Positions 17,119-27,102 of a stretch of 39,945 bases of DNA are shown here, piece after piece. The position numbers were made by a program, and so were the translations under genes. The DNA is taken from assembly GCA_002753335.1 (NCBI GenBank), contig PEAD01000027.1, forward strand, positions 1-39,945. Direction: 5' to 3'. Source of the stretch: Nitrospirae bacterium MYbin3 (GTDB lineage Bacteria > Nitrospirota > Thermodesulfovibrionia > Thermodesulfovibrionales > Dissulfurispiraceae). Position 1 is the stretch's first letter. Every line of letters begins with the position of its first letter. The notes under the pieces were generated by a model. It did not search any database, was not told the origin of the DNA, and saw nothing but the letters and a program-made list of their open reading frames with translations.

Positions 17119-18709
17119 GTGCTTTTAAAATTTTAGTGCTCAACCCGATTTTGCGTTCGTCTAAATTTAGCTTTATAATTTTTACGCGAATTTCATCACT
17201 TTCCTTCAATTCCAGCAGGTGGTCGATTTCAGAAGAATACACCAACCCTTCAACCCCGCACTCAAGCTCTACAAAAACGCCGAAGTCTGCGATTTTTAGC
17301 ACCTTGCCCCTCATCTCTTCTCCGAGTTTGAGCTTTGCAGGAATTTCATTAACCCATGGGTCAGGAGTCAGTTGTTTAATGCCGAGAGCCATGCGTTCAC
17401 GCACAGCATCAAGGCTCAAAACTACCGCCTCGATTTTCTGTCCTTTTCTCAGTGCTTCGGACGGATGCTTGATGTGTTTGGTCCACGAAATGTCCGAAAT
17501 GTGAACAAGTCCGTCAACGCCCTCCTCAAGCCTTACAAAAGCTCCAAAATCTGTTATTGTCTTCACTTTTCCACTTATCTTTTGTCCAATAGAATAATGC
17601 GCTGCAACAATTTCCCATGGCTTTTGCTTAAGTTGTTTAATGCTTAGTGAAAGCCTGCGTTCGTTTTTGTTGACATTAAGAACTACAGCCTCAATCTCGT
17701 CACCCGCTGAAACATATTTAGACGGGTGCTTGGGACGGGCCGCCCAATCAAGCTCTGAAATATGAATCAATCCCTCAAGCCCATCTTCTACTTCTATGAA
17801 CACACCATAGTCAACAATGTTCACAACCATGCCGGTGATTCTCATTCCTGAACGGTATCTTTCATCAACCGTCAACCATGGGTCAGGCTTTTTTTGCTTA
17901 TATCCGAGTGTTACTTTTTCGTTGGTCTGATCATATTTAAGTATCAGGAAATCTTTTTTTTCTCCGACTTTAAAAAATTCTGACGGATGGTTTACGCGCC
18001 GCCAAGACATATCAGAGATATGCAGAAGCCCGTCTATCCCGCCTAAATCAACAAATACACCATAGTCGGTGATATTTTTTATTACACCCGACAGCACCGC
18101 ATTTTCTTTGAGAACTTTCAGGGTATTTTCTTTTTGCTTGCTGCGCTCCTCCTCAATAACAACACGCCGGGACAGTATCATGGAAGTGCCCTGAGATCCT
18201 GCTCCCTGCTTCTGCGGGAGCATTTTAAGAATCTTTACTTCAAAAGTTTTTCCTATGTACGAATCAACATCCTTTACAAGCCTAACATCTATTTGTGAAG
18301 CAGGCAGGAATCCTTTTACGCCTCCGCAGTCAACTATCAGGCCGCCCTTTGTCTTGCCTTCTACTACGCATTCTATTGTTGAACTGTTTTGTTGAGCTTT
18401 TGTTAGGGCTTCCCATATTCGAAGCTTTGCGGCCCTGTCTTTTGAAAGATATACCACGCCTTCATGATCATTTATGCGTTCAACAAAAACATCAACCGTA
18501 TCGCCTTCCTTAAGCGAGGCCAGCTCTTTTTCGGTAAACTCGGTGGCAGGAATTATGCCTTCAGATTTATATCCGACATCAACCACAACCACGTCTGACT
18601 TGACGCTTATCACCCTGCCTTTTGTTACAACTCCTCTCTCTACCCTTTGCAGGGTTTCGGCATAAAGCGATTCAATGTCGGCTGTTTCTTCTTTTGGTTG
18701 ACCGTCCAT
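17108..18709 (-). CDS. rpsA: 30S ribosomal protein S1
   Basis: Repeated S1 domains (DYGVFVDLGGIDGLLHISD, DFGAFV...GLVHISD). Confidence 0.96.
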   Translation of the reverse strand: MDGQPKEETADIESLYAETLQRVERGVVTKGRVISVKSDVVVVDVGYKSEGIIPATEFTEKELASLKEGDTVDVFVERINDHEGVVYLSKDRAAKLRIWEALTKAQQNSSTIECVVEGKTKGGLIVDCGGVKGFLPASQIDVRLVKDVDSYIGKTFEVKILKMLPQKQGAGSQGTSMILSRRVVIEEERSKQKENTLKVLKENAVLSGVIKNITDYGVFVDLGGIDGLLHISDMSWRRVNHPSEFFKVGEKKDFLILKYDQTNEKVTLGYKQKKPDPWLTVDERYRSGMRITGMVVNIVDYGVFIEVEDGLEGLIHISELDWAARPKHPSKYVSAGDEIEAVVLNVNKNERRLSLSIKQLKQKPWEIVAAHYSIGQKISGKVKTITDFGAFVRLEEGVDGLVHISDISWTKHIKHPSEALRKGQKIEAVVLSLDAVRERMALGIKQLTPDPWVNEIPAKLKLGEEMRGKVLKIADFGVFVELECGVEGLVYSSEIDHLLELKESDEIRVKIIKLNLDERKIGLSTKILKAHAN

Positions 18710-19559
18710 CCTGGCCCATTCCTCCTATTTCCCTGATTCTATCCTGTACTTCTTTTATAATCCAGTCAGGGGTTGAAGCACCTGCGGTAATGCCGACATT
18801 ATTCTTGCCTTTAAACCATACGGCCTTAAGCTCCGAAGCGGTTTCTATATGATAACACTGCACCTCTTTGTCGGCACATAAATGTGCAAGTTGTGTTGTG
18901 TTGGCGCTGTTCCTGCCGCCCACAACAACCATCACATCAACTTTTTTTGCAAGCTCCTCCGTCTCTTTAAGTCTCAGGGCGGTAGAGTTGCATATAGTAT
19001 TGAAAACCTTTATTTCATTGACCTGCCCCATAGCTTCACATACAAATTTCTTCAGGATGCCTATAGGCTGAGTGGTTTGAACCACCACTCCCACCCTGCT
19101 TTTCAGCTTAGGCAAATCATCATCCCGTCCCAAGACAACAACTTCGGCGCCGGCATAGCTCATAAGGCTTTTTACCTCAGGATGCTCTCTGTCACCGATA
19201 ATAAGAACTTGATAACCGTCCTCTTTGAGAAGCTTCGCGTACTGCTGAGCTTTTTTTACAAACGGGCATGTAGCATCTATAACTCTATATTTTTTATTTG
19301 CAAGCCTTTCCGAAACCTCTACAGGAACCCCATGAGTTCTGATTATCAATGTCTTTATCCTGCGGTTATCTATGCTGTCAGAGGGGGCAACGCCTTGAAG
19401 CTTTAGGTTTTCAATAACTTGCGGGTTATGGATTATAGGGCCGAGCGTGAATACATCATCACCTTTTTTCGCCTCGTCAAAGGTCATATCAACCGCCCGT
19501 TTCACACCGAAGCAAAACCCTGCCCGTTTAGCAGTTGTTATGTTCAGTTTATTCCTCAT
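18672..19559 (-). CDS. ispH: 4-hydroxy-3-methylbut-2-enyl diphosphate reductase
   Basis: AGFCFGVKRA, IIHNP, DATCPFV, NTICNST, SANT, GITAGASTPDW; start trimmed to MRNKL. Confidence 0.96.
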   Translation of the reverse strand: MRNKLNITTAKRAGFCFGVKRAVDMTFDEAKKGDDVFTLGPIIHNPQVIENLKLQGVAPSDSIDNRRIKTLIIRTHGVPVEVSERLANKKYRVIDATCPFVKKAQQYAKLLKEDGYQVLIIGDREHPEVKSLMSYAGAEVVVLGRDDDLPKLKSRVGVVVQTTQPIGILKKFVCEAMGQVNEIKVFNTICNSTALRLKETEELAKKVDVMVVVGGRNSANTTQLAHLCADKEVQCYHIETASELKAVWFKGKNNVGITAGASTPDWIIKEVQDRIREIGGMGQDGRSTKRRNSRH

Positions 19560-19769
19560 AAAACAGAGATATAGGATACAGGATTGGGGCGCGAATAGGC
19601 AATAGTTTGTTTCGGGCGAAAATGTATGCATTTTAAAGAGGAACCACTATAGGGCCGATTGGCACAGCCGGCCTGATAATCTTTTTACTTTTAGTCCGCT
19701 TTTGGAGTAAAATAACATTCTTTTCTTCAAGATGTTACATTAAATCTTTTAGCTGTGCGAGGAGGTAAA

Positions 19770-21008
19770 ATGGGATATGTCGATGGGCTTAAATGCAGGG
19801 AATGCGGCAGGGAATACCCTGTTGACCCTATATATGTTTGCGAATTCTGTTTTGGACCGCTTGAAGTAATTTACGACTATAAAGCCATAAAAAAAGTCCT
19901 GAAAAGAAAAACCATAGAGAAACGGGACAAAAGCCTTTGGCGGTATAAAGAGCTGCTGCCCATAGACGGAGAGCCGCAGGTGGGCTTGAAATCAGGCTTT
20001 ACCCCGCTCATAAAGGCTGACAATCTAGCAAAAGAGCTGGGAGTAAAAGAACTTTATGTTAAAGACGACACCGTAGCTCATCCAACCCTCTCTTTTAAAG
20101 ACAGGGTTGTGGCTGTTGCCCTTACAAAGGCAAAAGAGTTCGGCTTTGATACGGTTGCGTGTGCATCTACCGGAAACCTTGCCCATTCGGTTTCTGCGCA
20201 GGGAGCTAAGGCAGGGTTCAAAAGATTTGTGTTTATCCCGGCAACTCTGGAACAGAGCAAGATAGTAGCCTCTTTAGTGTACGAGCCTAACCTTGTAGCG
20301 GTGGACGGCAACTATGACGAGGTAAACATAAATTGCAGCGAGATCGCCAACAAATACAAATGGGCCTTTGTGAACATAAACATCAGGCCATTTTATGCAG
20401 AAGGTTCTAAAACACAGGGTTTTGAGATAATCGAACAGCTCGGATGGAAAGCTCCGGACAATGTGGTTGTTCCCTGCGCAAGCGGTTCGCTTCTAACAAA
20501 AGTATGGAAGTCGTTCAAAGAATTTAAAGAGATAGGCATAATTAAAGAGCTTGAAACTAAAGTTTTTGCGGCACAGGCAACAGGCTGTTCGCCGATTTCG
20601 GTCGCTATAAAAAACGGAACTGATGTGATAAGGCCTGTGAAGCCCAATACTGTAGCCAAATCTCTTGCTATAGGCAATCCTGCCGACGGGTTTTATGCGT
20701 CTCAGGTGGTAAAAGAAACCGGAGGCTATGGAGAGGATGTTTCGGATGAAGAAATTATAGCCGGCATTAAACTGCTTGCAAGAACAGAGGGGATATTTGC
20801 AGAAACAGCCGGTGGAGTTACTGTTGCGTCCGCAAAAAAGCTTATCGAACAGGGCAAAATCGGCAGAGACGATACAACGGTTATATGCATTACAGGCAAC
20901 GGGCTTAAAACACAGGAAGCGCTTGCGGGCCACACCTCACAAATGCACCATATATCGCCCAAGCTTGATGCTTTTGAAGAAGTTCTGAAAAAGATACGTG
21001 GGAAGTAA
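19770..21008 (+). CDS. thrC: Threonine synthase-like PLP enzyme with N-terminal CxxC...CxxC zinc ribbon (sulfur-carrier-associated paralog)
   Basis: PTLSFKDR, ASTGN, GNPADG, ETAGG, TGNGLK; GGAGG RBS before ATG 19770. Confidence 0.85.
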   Translation: MGYVDGLKCRECGREYPVDPIYVCEFCFGPLEVIYDYKAIKKVLKRKTIEKRDKSLWRYKELLPIDGEPQVGLKSGFTPLIKADNLAKELGVKELYVKDDTVAHPTLSFKDRVVAVALTKAKEFGFDTVACASTGNLAHSVSAQGAKAGFKRFVFIPATLEQSKIVASLVYEPNLVAVDGNYDEVNINCSEIANKYKWAFVNINIRPFYAEGSKTQGFEIIEQLGWKAPDNVVVPCASGSLLTKVWKSFKEFKEIGIIKELETKVFAAQATGCSPISVAIKNGTDVIRPVKPNTVAKSLAIGNPADGFYASQVVKETGGYGEDVSDEEIIAGIKLLARTEGIFAETAGGVTVASAKKLIEQGKIGRDDTTVICITGNGLKTQEALAGHTSQMHHISPKLDAFEEVLKKIRGK

Positions 21009-21045
21009 CGATTAGTTTCTTTTAATTTAATTTGGAGGTGACCGT

Positions 21046-21324
21046 ATGGCAGTAAAAGTTAGAATCCCGACCCCGCTTCAAAAGCTGACACAGGGCAGCG
21101 AAGAGGTCGAAGGCAAACCCGGTACAGTGATTGAGCTCATAAACGACCTCGAAAAAAGGTATCCGGGCATAGCCGAAAGGCTTTCGGAAGGCGGAAAAGT
21201 AAGGAGATTTGTAAACCTGTATGTAAACGAAGAGGATATAAGATTTGCACAGGCGGAGCAGACGCTTGTAAAAGACGGTGATGAAGTTTCGATAGTGCCG
21301 GCAATAGCCGGGGGAAGCTGCTGA
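21046..21324 (+). CDS. MoaD/ThiS/CysO-family ubiquitin-like sulfur carrier
   Basis: VRIPTPL, FVNLYVNEEDIRF, DGDEVSIVPAIAGG-SC. Confidence 0.92.
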   Translation: MAVKVRIPTPLQKLTQGSEEVEGKPGTVIELINDLEKRYPGIAERLSEGGKVRRFVNLYVNEEDIRFAQAEQTLVKDGDEVSIVPAIAGGSC

Positions 21325-21370
21325 TTACAGGTTTAATCTAAACAGTCAAAAGAATACTTAGGAGGACGCA

Positions 21371-21607
21371 ATGAAAAGGCGTGTGAAGCTGACTTTTCCG
21401 CAAAACCTCATAAAAGAGCCGGTAATTTTTACTATGGCGAAAACATATGACGTTATGCCGAATATCAGAAGGGCTCGGATAACAGACAGCGTTGGAGAAA
21501 TGATACTTGAGCTCGACGGGGCCGAAGACAATGTGGAAAAAGGAATAAAATCGCTCGTAACTCAGGGGATTGATGTGGAGCTGATAGAGGGCGACATAAT
21601 CGAATAA
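21371..21607 (+). CDS. Stand-alone NIL-domain protein
   Basis: LTFP...EPVI...PNIRRA...GEMILELDG pattern. Confidence 0.85.
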   Translation: MKRRVKLTFPQNLIKEPVIFTMAKTYDVMPNIRRARITDSVGEMILELDGAEDNVEKGIKSLVTQGIDVELIEGDIIE

Positions 21608-21624
21608 ACGGAGATATTTAATTT

Positions 21625-22716
21625 ATGGTGACTGACCGATGCAGCCGTTCTAAAATTTTATGGGGCGGCATAATAGAAGAATACAGAAAGTTTTTCCCGG
21701 TAACAGAAAAGACGCCTGTAATAACCCTGCAGGAAGGCAACACGCCCTTACTGAAAGCGGTTAATTTAACAAAACGACTCAACATAGAGCTGGATCTGTT
21801 TTTAAAATTTGACGGTGCAAATCCGACCGGATCCTTCAAAGACAGGGGCATGACCCTTGCTCTATCCAAGGCCGCAGAGGACAATGCAAAGGCTGTTATA
21901 TGCGCTTCAACAGGCAATACTTCAGCTGCTGCCTCAGCTTATGCTGCCCGCGCAGGCATAAAAGCGATAGTTGTAATTCCGGAAGGCAAGATAGCGCTCG
22001 GCAAACTGGCCCAGGCTTTGATGCACGGGGCTCATGTTCTTCAGCTTAATGGCAACTTTGACGAAGCCCTGAACATGGTAAAAGAGGTGGTATCCAATTA
22101 TCCTATTACACTTGTAAACTCTATTAATCCTTACAGAATCGAAGGCCAGAAATCTGCCGCTTTCGAGATATGTGACCAGCTCGGCTTTGCACCCCGCTAC
22201 CATGCCATGCCGGTCGGGAACGCCGGAAACATAACCGCCTATTGGAAAGGCTACAAGGAGTATAAAACCGAAGGCATTGTTTCTAAAACTCCTGTCATGC
22301 TTGGTTTTCAGGCTGCCGGGGCAGCGCCTTTGGTAAACGGCAAGCCTATCGAAAAACCAGAAACGGTAGCGACAGCAATAAGAATTGGCAACCCTGCAAG
22401 CTGGAAAGGCGCAATCTCGGCGAGAGACGAATCTGGCGGGAAAATAGATGCTGTTACGGACGAAGAAATTTTATCGGCATACAAGCTTATAGCCGCAAAC
22501 GAAGGTATTTTCTGCGAGCCGGCATCCGCGGCATCTCTTGCCGGAGTGCTTAAGCTGTATAAACAAAACTATTTCGAAAAAGGCGAGACTGTTGTGTGCA
22601 CCCTAACCGGCCACGGCCTGAAAGACCCGGACAATGCTATCAAGGTTTCGGGGGAGACTATTAAAGTCAGAGCCGAATTCAATGAGGTAAAAAAAGTGAT
22701 CGAGAGAATTCTTTGA
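21625..22716 (+). CDS. thrC: Threonine synthase
   Basis: EGNTPL, NPTGSFKDRG, ASTGNTS, PVGNAGN, AIRIGNP, EPASAA, TGHGLKD. Confidence 0.93.
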   Translation: MVTDRCSRSKILWGGIIEEYRKFFPVTEKTPVITLQEGNTPLLKAVNLTKRLNIELDLFLKFDGANPTGSFKDRGMTLALSKAAEDNAKAVICASTGNTSAAASAYAARAGIKAIVVIPEGKIALGKLAQALMHGAHVLQLNGNFDEALNMVKEVVSNYPITLVNSINPYRIEGQKSAAFEICDQLGFAPRYHAMPVGNAGNITAYWKGYKEYKTEGIVSKTPVMLGFQAAGAAPLVNGKPIEKPETVATAIRIGNPASWKGAISARDESGGKIDAVTDEEILSAYKLIAANEGIFCEPASAASLAGVLKLYKQNYFEKGETVVCTLTGHGLKDPDNAIKVSGETIKVRAEFNEVKKVIERIL

Positions 22717-23927
22717 AATTCGTAGTTCTTTTAGGCGACGGAATGGCCGATGTTCCGATCGAAGAACTTGGCGGGCTTACGCCACTGCAAAAAGCATCAA
22801 CACCCAATATGGACAAGCTCGCGCAGGAAGGAATTATAGGCATGGCCCGAACAGTGCCGAAGGGCTTTCCTCCGGGGTCGGATGTGGCCAACCTGAGCAT
22901 ACTCGGATACAATCCTGCGGACTGCTACACAGGCAGAGCGCCTCTTGAGGCCGCAAGCATAGGGGTTGAGCTTGAAGAAGGCGACATCGCTTACCGCTGC
23001 AATCTTGTAACCTTGAAAAATGACGACAGCAAAGTTTCGATGGATGATTACAGCAGTGGCCATATTACAACACCCGAAGCAACAGAACTTATACTTGCGC
23101 TGAAAACAGAACTCGAATCCGAAAACATAAAATTTTATCCGGGCGTGAGCTATAGGCATTTGATGGTCTGGAAAGGCGGAGCGGATGATGTTGAATGCAC
23201 GCCGCCCCACGATATAATCGGCCAGGGAGTTGATAAACACCTGCCCTCAGGCAATAAAGCCGCGTTCTTGATAGACCTTATGAGACGTTCAGAAAAAATC
23301 TTAGCGAATCATCCGGTCAACAAAGAGAGAATAAAAAACAGCAAGAAACCGGCAACCAGCATATGGCTCTGGGGGCAGGGCAGAAAGCCGCAGCTGTCAA
23401 CTTACAAAGAGAAATACGGGCTTAAAGGAGCGCTCATATCTGCCGTGGATTTAACAAAGGGCCTCGGCATTTATGCGGGTTTTGAGATACCCGAGGTTCC
23501 GGGGGTCACAGGCTGGCTCGACACGAACTATTCAGGCAAGGCCGATTATGCGCTCAATACGCTTAAAAAAAATGATTTTGTTTACATACATGTCGAATCG
23601 CCGGACGAGGCAGGACATTCGGGCGATTACAAAAATAAGCTTCAGGCGATAGAGGATTTCGACCGCCTTGTGGTTGGCCCGGTTATGAAAGGTCTTGAAG
23701 AAAGATTCGGAGAGTACAGGATACTCTTGATGCCTGACCATGCAACCCCGATAAAAATCAGAACACATACGGCCGAACCTGTGCCATTTGTTGTTTATGA
23801 CAGCCGCAAAAAACAGAACAATGAAGGGGTTTCATACAGCGAAGCTATTGCAGAAAGAAAAGACATAATGGTTGTTGAGGCCGGATACAGGCTGATGGAT
23901 TATTTAATCAAGGAGGTTTTGATTTAA
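22713..23927 (+). CDS. apgM: Cofactor-independent phosphoglycerate mutase, ApgM type (also proposed as alternative homoserine kinase)
   Basis: [39 protein letters not shown]...PVPF. Confidence 0.9.
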   Translation: MKFVVLLGDGMADVPIEELGGLTPLQKASTPNMDKLAQEGIIGMARTVPKGFPPGSDVANLSILGYNPADCYTGRAPLEAASIGVELEEGDIAYRCNLVTLKNDDSKVSMDDYSSGHITTPEATELILALKTELESENIKFYPGVSYRHLMVWKGGADDVECTPPHDIIGQGVDKHLPSGNKAAFLIDLMRRSEKILANHPVNKERIKNSKKPATSIWLWGQGRKPQLSTYKEKYGLKGALISAVDLTKGLGIYAGFEIPEVPGVTGWLDTNYSGKADYALNTLKKNDFVYIHVESPDEAGHSGDYKNKLQAIEDFDRLVVGPVMKGLEERFGEYRILLMPDHATPIKIRTHTAEPVPFVVYDSRKKQNNEGVSYSEAIAERKDIMVVEAGYRLMDYLIKEVLI

Positions 23928-25153
23928 TGCTGATAGTACAAAAATACGGCGGCACCTCGGTCGCCAATGTTGAAAGAATAAAGGCAGTTGCCCAACGCGT
24001 CGCAGATACCGCAAAGCAAGGCCACAGCGTAGCGGTTGTGGTTTCGGCTATGTCAGGTGAAACTGACAAAATGATAGCGCTCGCGAATCAGGTATCGTCA
24101 AATCCGAGTGAGAGGGAGATGGATTTGCTTCTGTCATCCGGAGAGCGCGTTACGAGCGCGTTGACCGCAATGGCTATAGAGGCGCTCGGACACAAGGCGA
24201 TGGCGCTGACCGGCAGACAGATGGGCATCATCACCGACACGGTTCACACAAAGGCAAAGATAGAAAAGATACATGCTGACAGGGCTCAGAAGGCTTTGGA
24301 GGATGGCTTTGTTCTTGTGGTTGCGGGATTTCAGGGGATAACCGGTGATGACAATGTTACCACGCTCGGCAGAGGCGGTTCAGATCTATCTGCAGTCGCT
24401 ATCGCGGCAGCGCTAAAAGCGGACCTCTGCGAAATATATACCGATGTTGACGGTGTTTATACTACAGACCCCAATATCGTCCCAGAAGCAAGAAAGCTCG
24501 ACAAAATTTCTTACGAAGAAATGCTTGAGCTGGCAAGCTTGGGCGCAAAGGTTCTCCAGACAAGATCTGTAGAGTTTGCGATGAAGTACAATGTGCCTGT
24601 CGTGGTCAAATCGAGCTTTAACAATAATCCCGGAACACTGGTCACAACGGAGGAGAAGGAAATGGAAGAAGTCGTAGTATCAGGCGTAGCTTATGATAAA
24701 AATCAGGCAAAGATAACGGTCATGGGGCTTCCCGATCGGCCCGGCCTTGCGGCAGGTCTGTTCAAGGCGATTGCGGATGCAAGCATAATCGTGGACATGA
24801 TTGTTCAAAACATCAGCAGTGACGGCAATTCTGCCGATATTTCGTTTACTGTTCCAAAAACCGACAGTAAAAAGGCTTTTCAGCTTGCCGAAAGCATAAC
24901 GAAGGAGCTTGGAGCAGAGAGGGTTGCCACAAGAGAAGATATAGCCAAAATATCTATTGTGGGCGTTGGCATGAGAACGCACTCGGGCGTTGCTGCGCAG
25001 ATGTTTGAGGCTATGTCCAAACACGGTATCAACATAATGATGATAAGCACATCCGAGATAAAAGTCTCCTGCATCATTGATGCAAAATTCACGGAACTTG
25101 CGGTGCGTGTTCTGCACGATACATTCGGGCTTGCGCAGGGAGCAAAACCGTAA
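23927..25153 (+). CDS. lysC: Aspartate kinase
   Basis: [24 protein letters not shown], two ACT domains, TSEIKVS. Confidence 0.96.
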   Translation: MLIVQKYGGTSVANVERIKAVAQRVADTAKQGHSVAVVVSAMSGETDKMIALANQVSSNPSEREMDLLLSSGERVTSALTAMAIEALGHKAMALTGRQMGIITDTVHTKAKIEKIHADRAQKALEDGFVLVVAGFQGITGDDNVTTLGRGGSDLSAVAIAAALKADLCEIYTDVDGVYTTDPNIVPEARKLDKISYEEMLELASLGAKVLQTRSVEFAMKYNVPVVVKSSFNNNPGTLVTTEEKEMEEVVVSGVAYDKNQAKITVMGLPDRPGLAAGLFKAIADASIIVDMIVQNISSDGNSADISFTVPKTDSKKAFQLAESITKELGAERVATREDIAKISIVGVGMRTHSGVAAQMFEAMSKHGINIMMISTSEIKVSCIIDAKFTELAVRVLHDTFGLAQGAKP

Positions 25154-26722
25154 GTGAGAAATATAGAGATATACGACACAACCCTGAGGGATGGCGCTCA
25201 GGCCGAGGATGTAGCTTTTTCGGTTGAGGACAAACTTCGCATTACAGAAAAGCTCGATGATTTAGGTGTTCATTACATAGAAGGCGGATGGCCGGGATCG
25301 AACCCGAAAGATGTCGAATATTTCAAAAGAGCAAAAAAACTGAAGTTAAAAAATGCGCTTGTGGTTGCATTCGGAAGCACACACAGGCCAAAGATCAAGG
25401 TTGAAAACGATCCGAACATGAAAGCACTGGTTGAGTCTCAAGCCACAATCATCACGATATTCGGCAAGACATGGGATTTTCATGTTAAAGAAGCTTTGAA
25501 AATCACACGTGAAGCAAATCTTGTCATAATACACAATTCTATTGCGTATCTGAAAAAACATTCTGAAAAGGTTTTTTTCGATGCAGAGCATTTTTTTGAT
25601 GGCTACAAAGGCAATCCGGGATTTGCGATTAAATGTCTGCTTGCGGCGCAGAAAGCTGGCGCAGACAGGCTTGTGCTTTGCGACACTAACGGAGGCACCC
25701 TGCCGGACGACCTCAGGAAAATAGTTCACGAAGTTCTGAAAAAGGTGAAAACCCCTATCGGTATTCATGCGCACAATGATTCTGATTGCGCTGTCGCTAA
25801 TTCTTTATCTGCTGTCGAGCTAGGTGCTGTGCAGGTACAAGGTACCATTAATGGCCTCGGTGAGAGATGCGGAAACGCTAATCTGTGCTCTGTAATTCCA
25901 AATCTTCAGACCAAAAGCGGATTCAAATGCATCTCTACCGAAAACCTGAAAAAACTAAGAGATGCCTCACGCTTCGTTAATGAGATAGCCAACATGAGTC
26001 ATTTCAAAAGGCAGCCTTTTGTGGGCGACAGTGCCTTTGCGCATAAAGGTGGCATCCATGTCAGCGCGATAAGAAAGCATCCCGAAACTTATGAGCATAT
26101 GCGGCCTGAGCTTGTTGGCAATTCGCAGCGGGTTTTAATATCGGACATGGCAGGCAGAAGCAATATCCTTAGAAAGGCCGAGGAGTTCAAGATACGACTC
26201 GATGCCGACTCTCCGGAAGTGCAGGGAATACTCGACAGGATGAAAGGCCTTGAGCACCAAGGCTTTCAGTTCGAAGGCGCCGAAGCCTCTTTTGAACTGC
26301 TTTTGAAAAAAGCGCTCGGCCTGCATAGGAGATTTTTTGATTTGATAGGGTTCAGAGTAATAGATGAAAAGCGGCATGAAAACGAAGAGCCTATCAGCGA
26401 AGCGACCATTATGCTGAGAGTGGGTAAAAACATAGAACATACTGCAGCAACAGGAAACGGGCCGGTCAACGCACTCGACAACGCAATAAGAAAAGCGCTC
26501 GAAAAATTTTATCCCGAGTTGAAGTCTGTAAGATTATTGGACTACAAGGTCCGCGTGCTAACTACAGGCAAGGGTACCTCTGCAAAAGTCCGCGTCCTGA
26601 TAGAATCTGGCGATGAGCTCCACAAATGGGGAACCGTCGGGGTTTCTGAAAACATCATCGAGGCCTCATGGCAGGCGCTTGTTGACAGCATCGAATACAA
26701 ACTGCTCAAAGAAAAAGAGTAG
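25154..26722 (+). CDS. cimA: Citramalate synthase
   Basis: [47 protein letters not shown]. Confidence 0.93.
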   Translation: MRNIEIYDTTLRDGAQAEDVAFSVEDKLRITEKLDDLGVHYIEGGWPGSNPKDVEYFKRAKKLKLKNALVVAFGSTHRPKIKVENDPNMKALVESQATIITIFGKTWDFHVKEALKITREANLVIIHNSIAYLKKHSEKVFFDAEHFFDGYKGNPGFAIKCLLAAQKAGADRLVLCDTNGGTLPDDLRKIVHEVLKKVKTPIGIHAHNDSDCAVANSLSAVELGAVQVQGTINGLGERCGNANLCSVIPNLQTKSGFKCISTENLKKLRDASRFVNEIANMSHFKRQPFVGDSAFAHKGGIHVSAIRKHPETYEHMRPELVGNSQRVLISDMAGRSNILRKAEEFKIRLDADSPEVQGILDRMKGLEHQGFQFEGAEASFELLLKKALGLHRRFFDLIGFRVIDEKRHENEEPISEATIMLRVGKNIEHTAATGNGPVNALDNAIRKALEKFYPELKSVRLLDYKVRVLTTGKGTSAKVRVLIESGDELHKWGTVGVSENIIEASWQALVDSIEYKLLKEKE

Positions 26723-26764
26723 AAAATCCCCTTACTATTTGGCGTATTGATATATAAAATTTTA

Positions 26765-26862
26765 TGGCGGGAGCGTATGGGAATCGAACCCATCCTGCCG
26801 GTTTGTGGCCGGCAACACCGGATTTGAAGTCCGGGAGGGACACCAGAACCCTATGCGCTCCC
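26765..26862 (-). tRNA. selC: tRNA-Sec (anticodon UCA)
   Basis: 98 nt: CCGGA-CTTCAAA-TCCGG anticodon arm, long variable arm TTGCCGG/CCGGCAG, ATGGG-TTCGATT-CCCAT T arm, 8-nt acceptor strands, GCCA end. Confidence 0.95.
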
Positions 26863-26870
26863 AAACATAC

Positions 26871-26900
26871 ATAATACTCGTTTTCCAGAGTTCTAGGCAA
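26871..26900 (-). promoter_or_regulatory. Sigma70-type promoter of selC
   Basis: TTGCCT-N18-TATTAT ending 8 nt before the tRNA 5' end. Confidence 0.55.
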
Positions 26901-27102
26901 CTGTCATAATTACCCAGAGTGACAAAATCGTGATCCAATTTCGTACTATGATACTCCTCAAATGCTTTTACTGTATGCCTTAACCCGAAAAATGCGGTTA
27001 GATTGTTTTCGATCAGCCGTATTGAAATAGGCAGAAAATATTGAAGATATGCTCTAAACCTGATAGCATATACGAAATGCTTTGGAGCAAAACACATAAA
27101 AA

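Noticed and set aside
19651..19676. TTGGCAC as a sigma54 -24 box, or a GGCCG/CGGCC hairpin as a SAM riboswitch upstream of thrC
   Set aside because: No TTGC at the -12 position, and no recognisable SAM-I or T-box conserved motifs.
26706..27097. Short minus-strand ORFs (64 and 111 aa) near selC
   Set aside because: They run through the tRNA-Sec gene and show no protein features.
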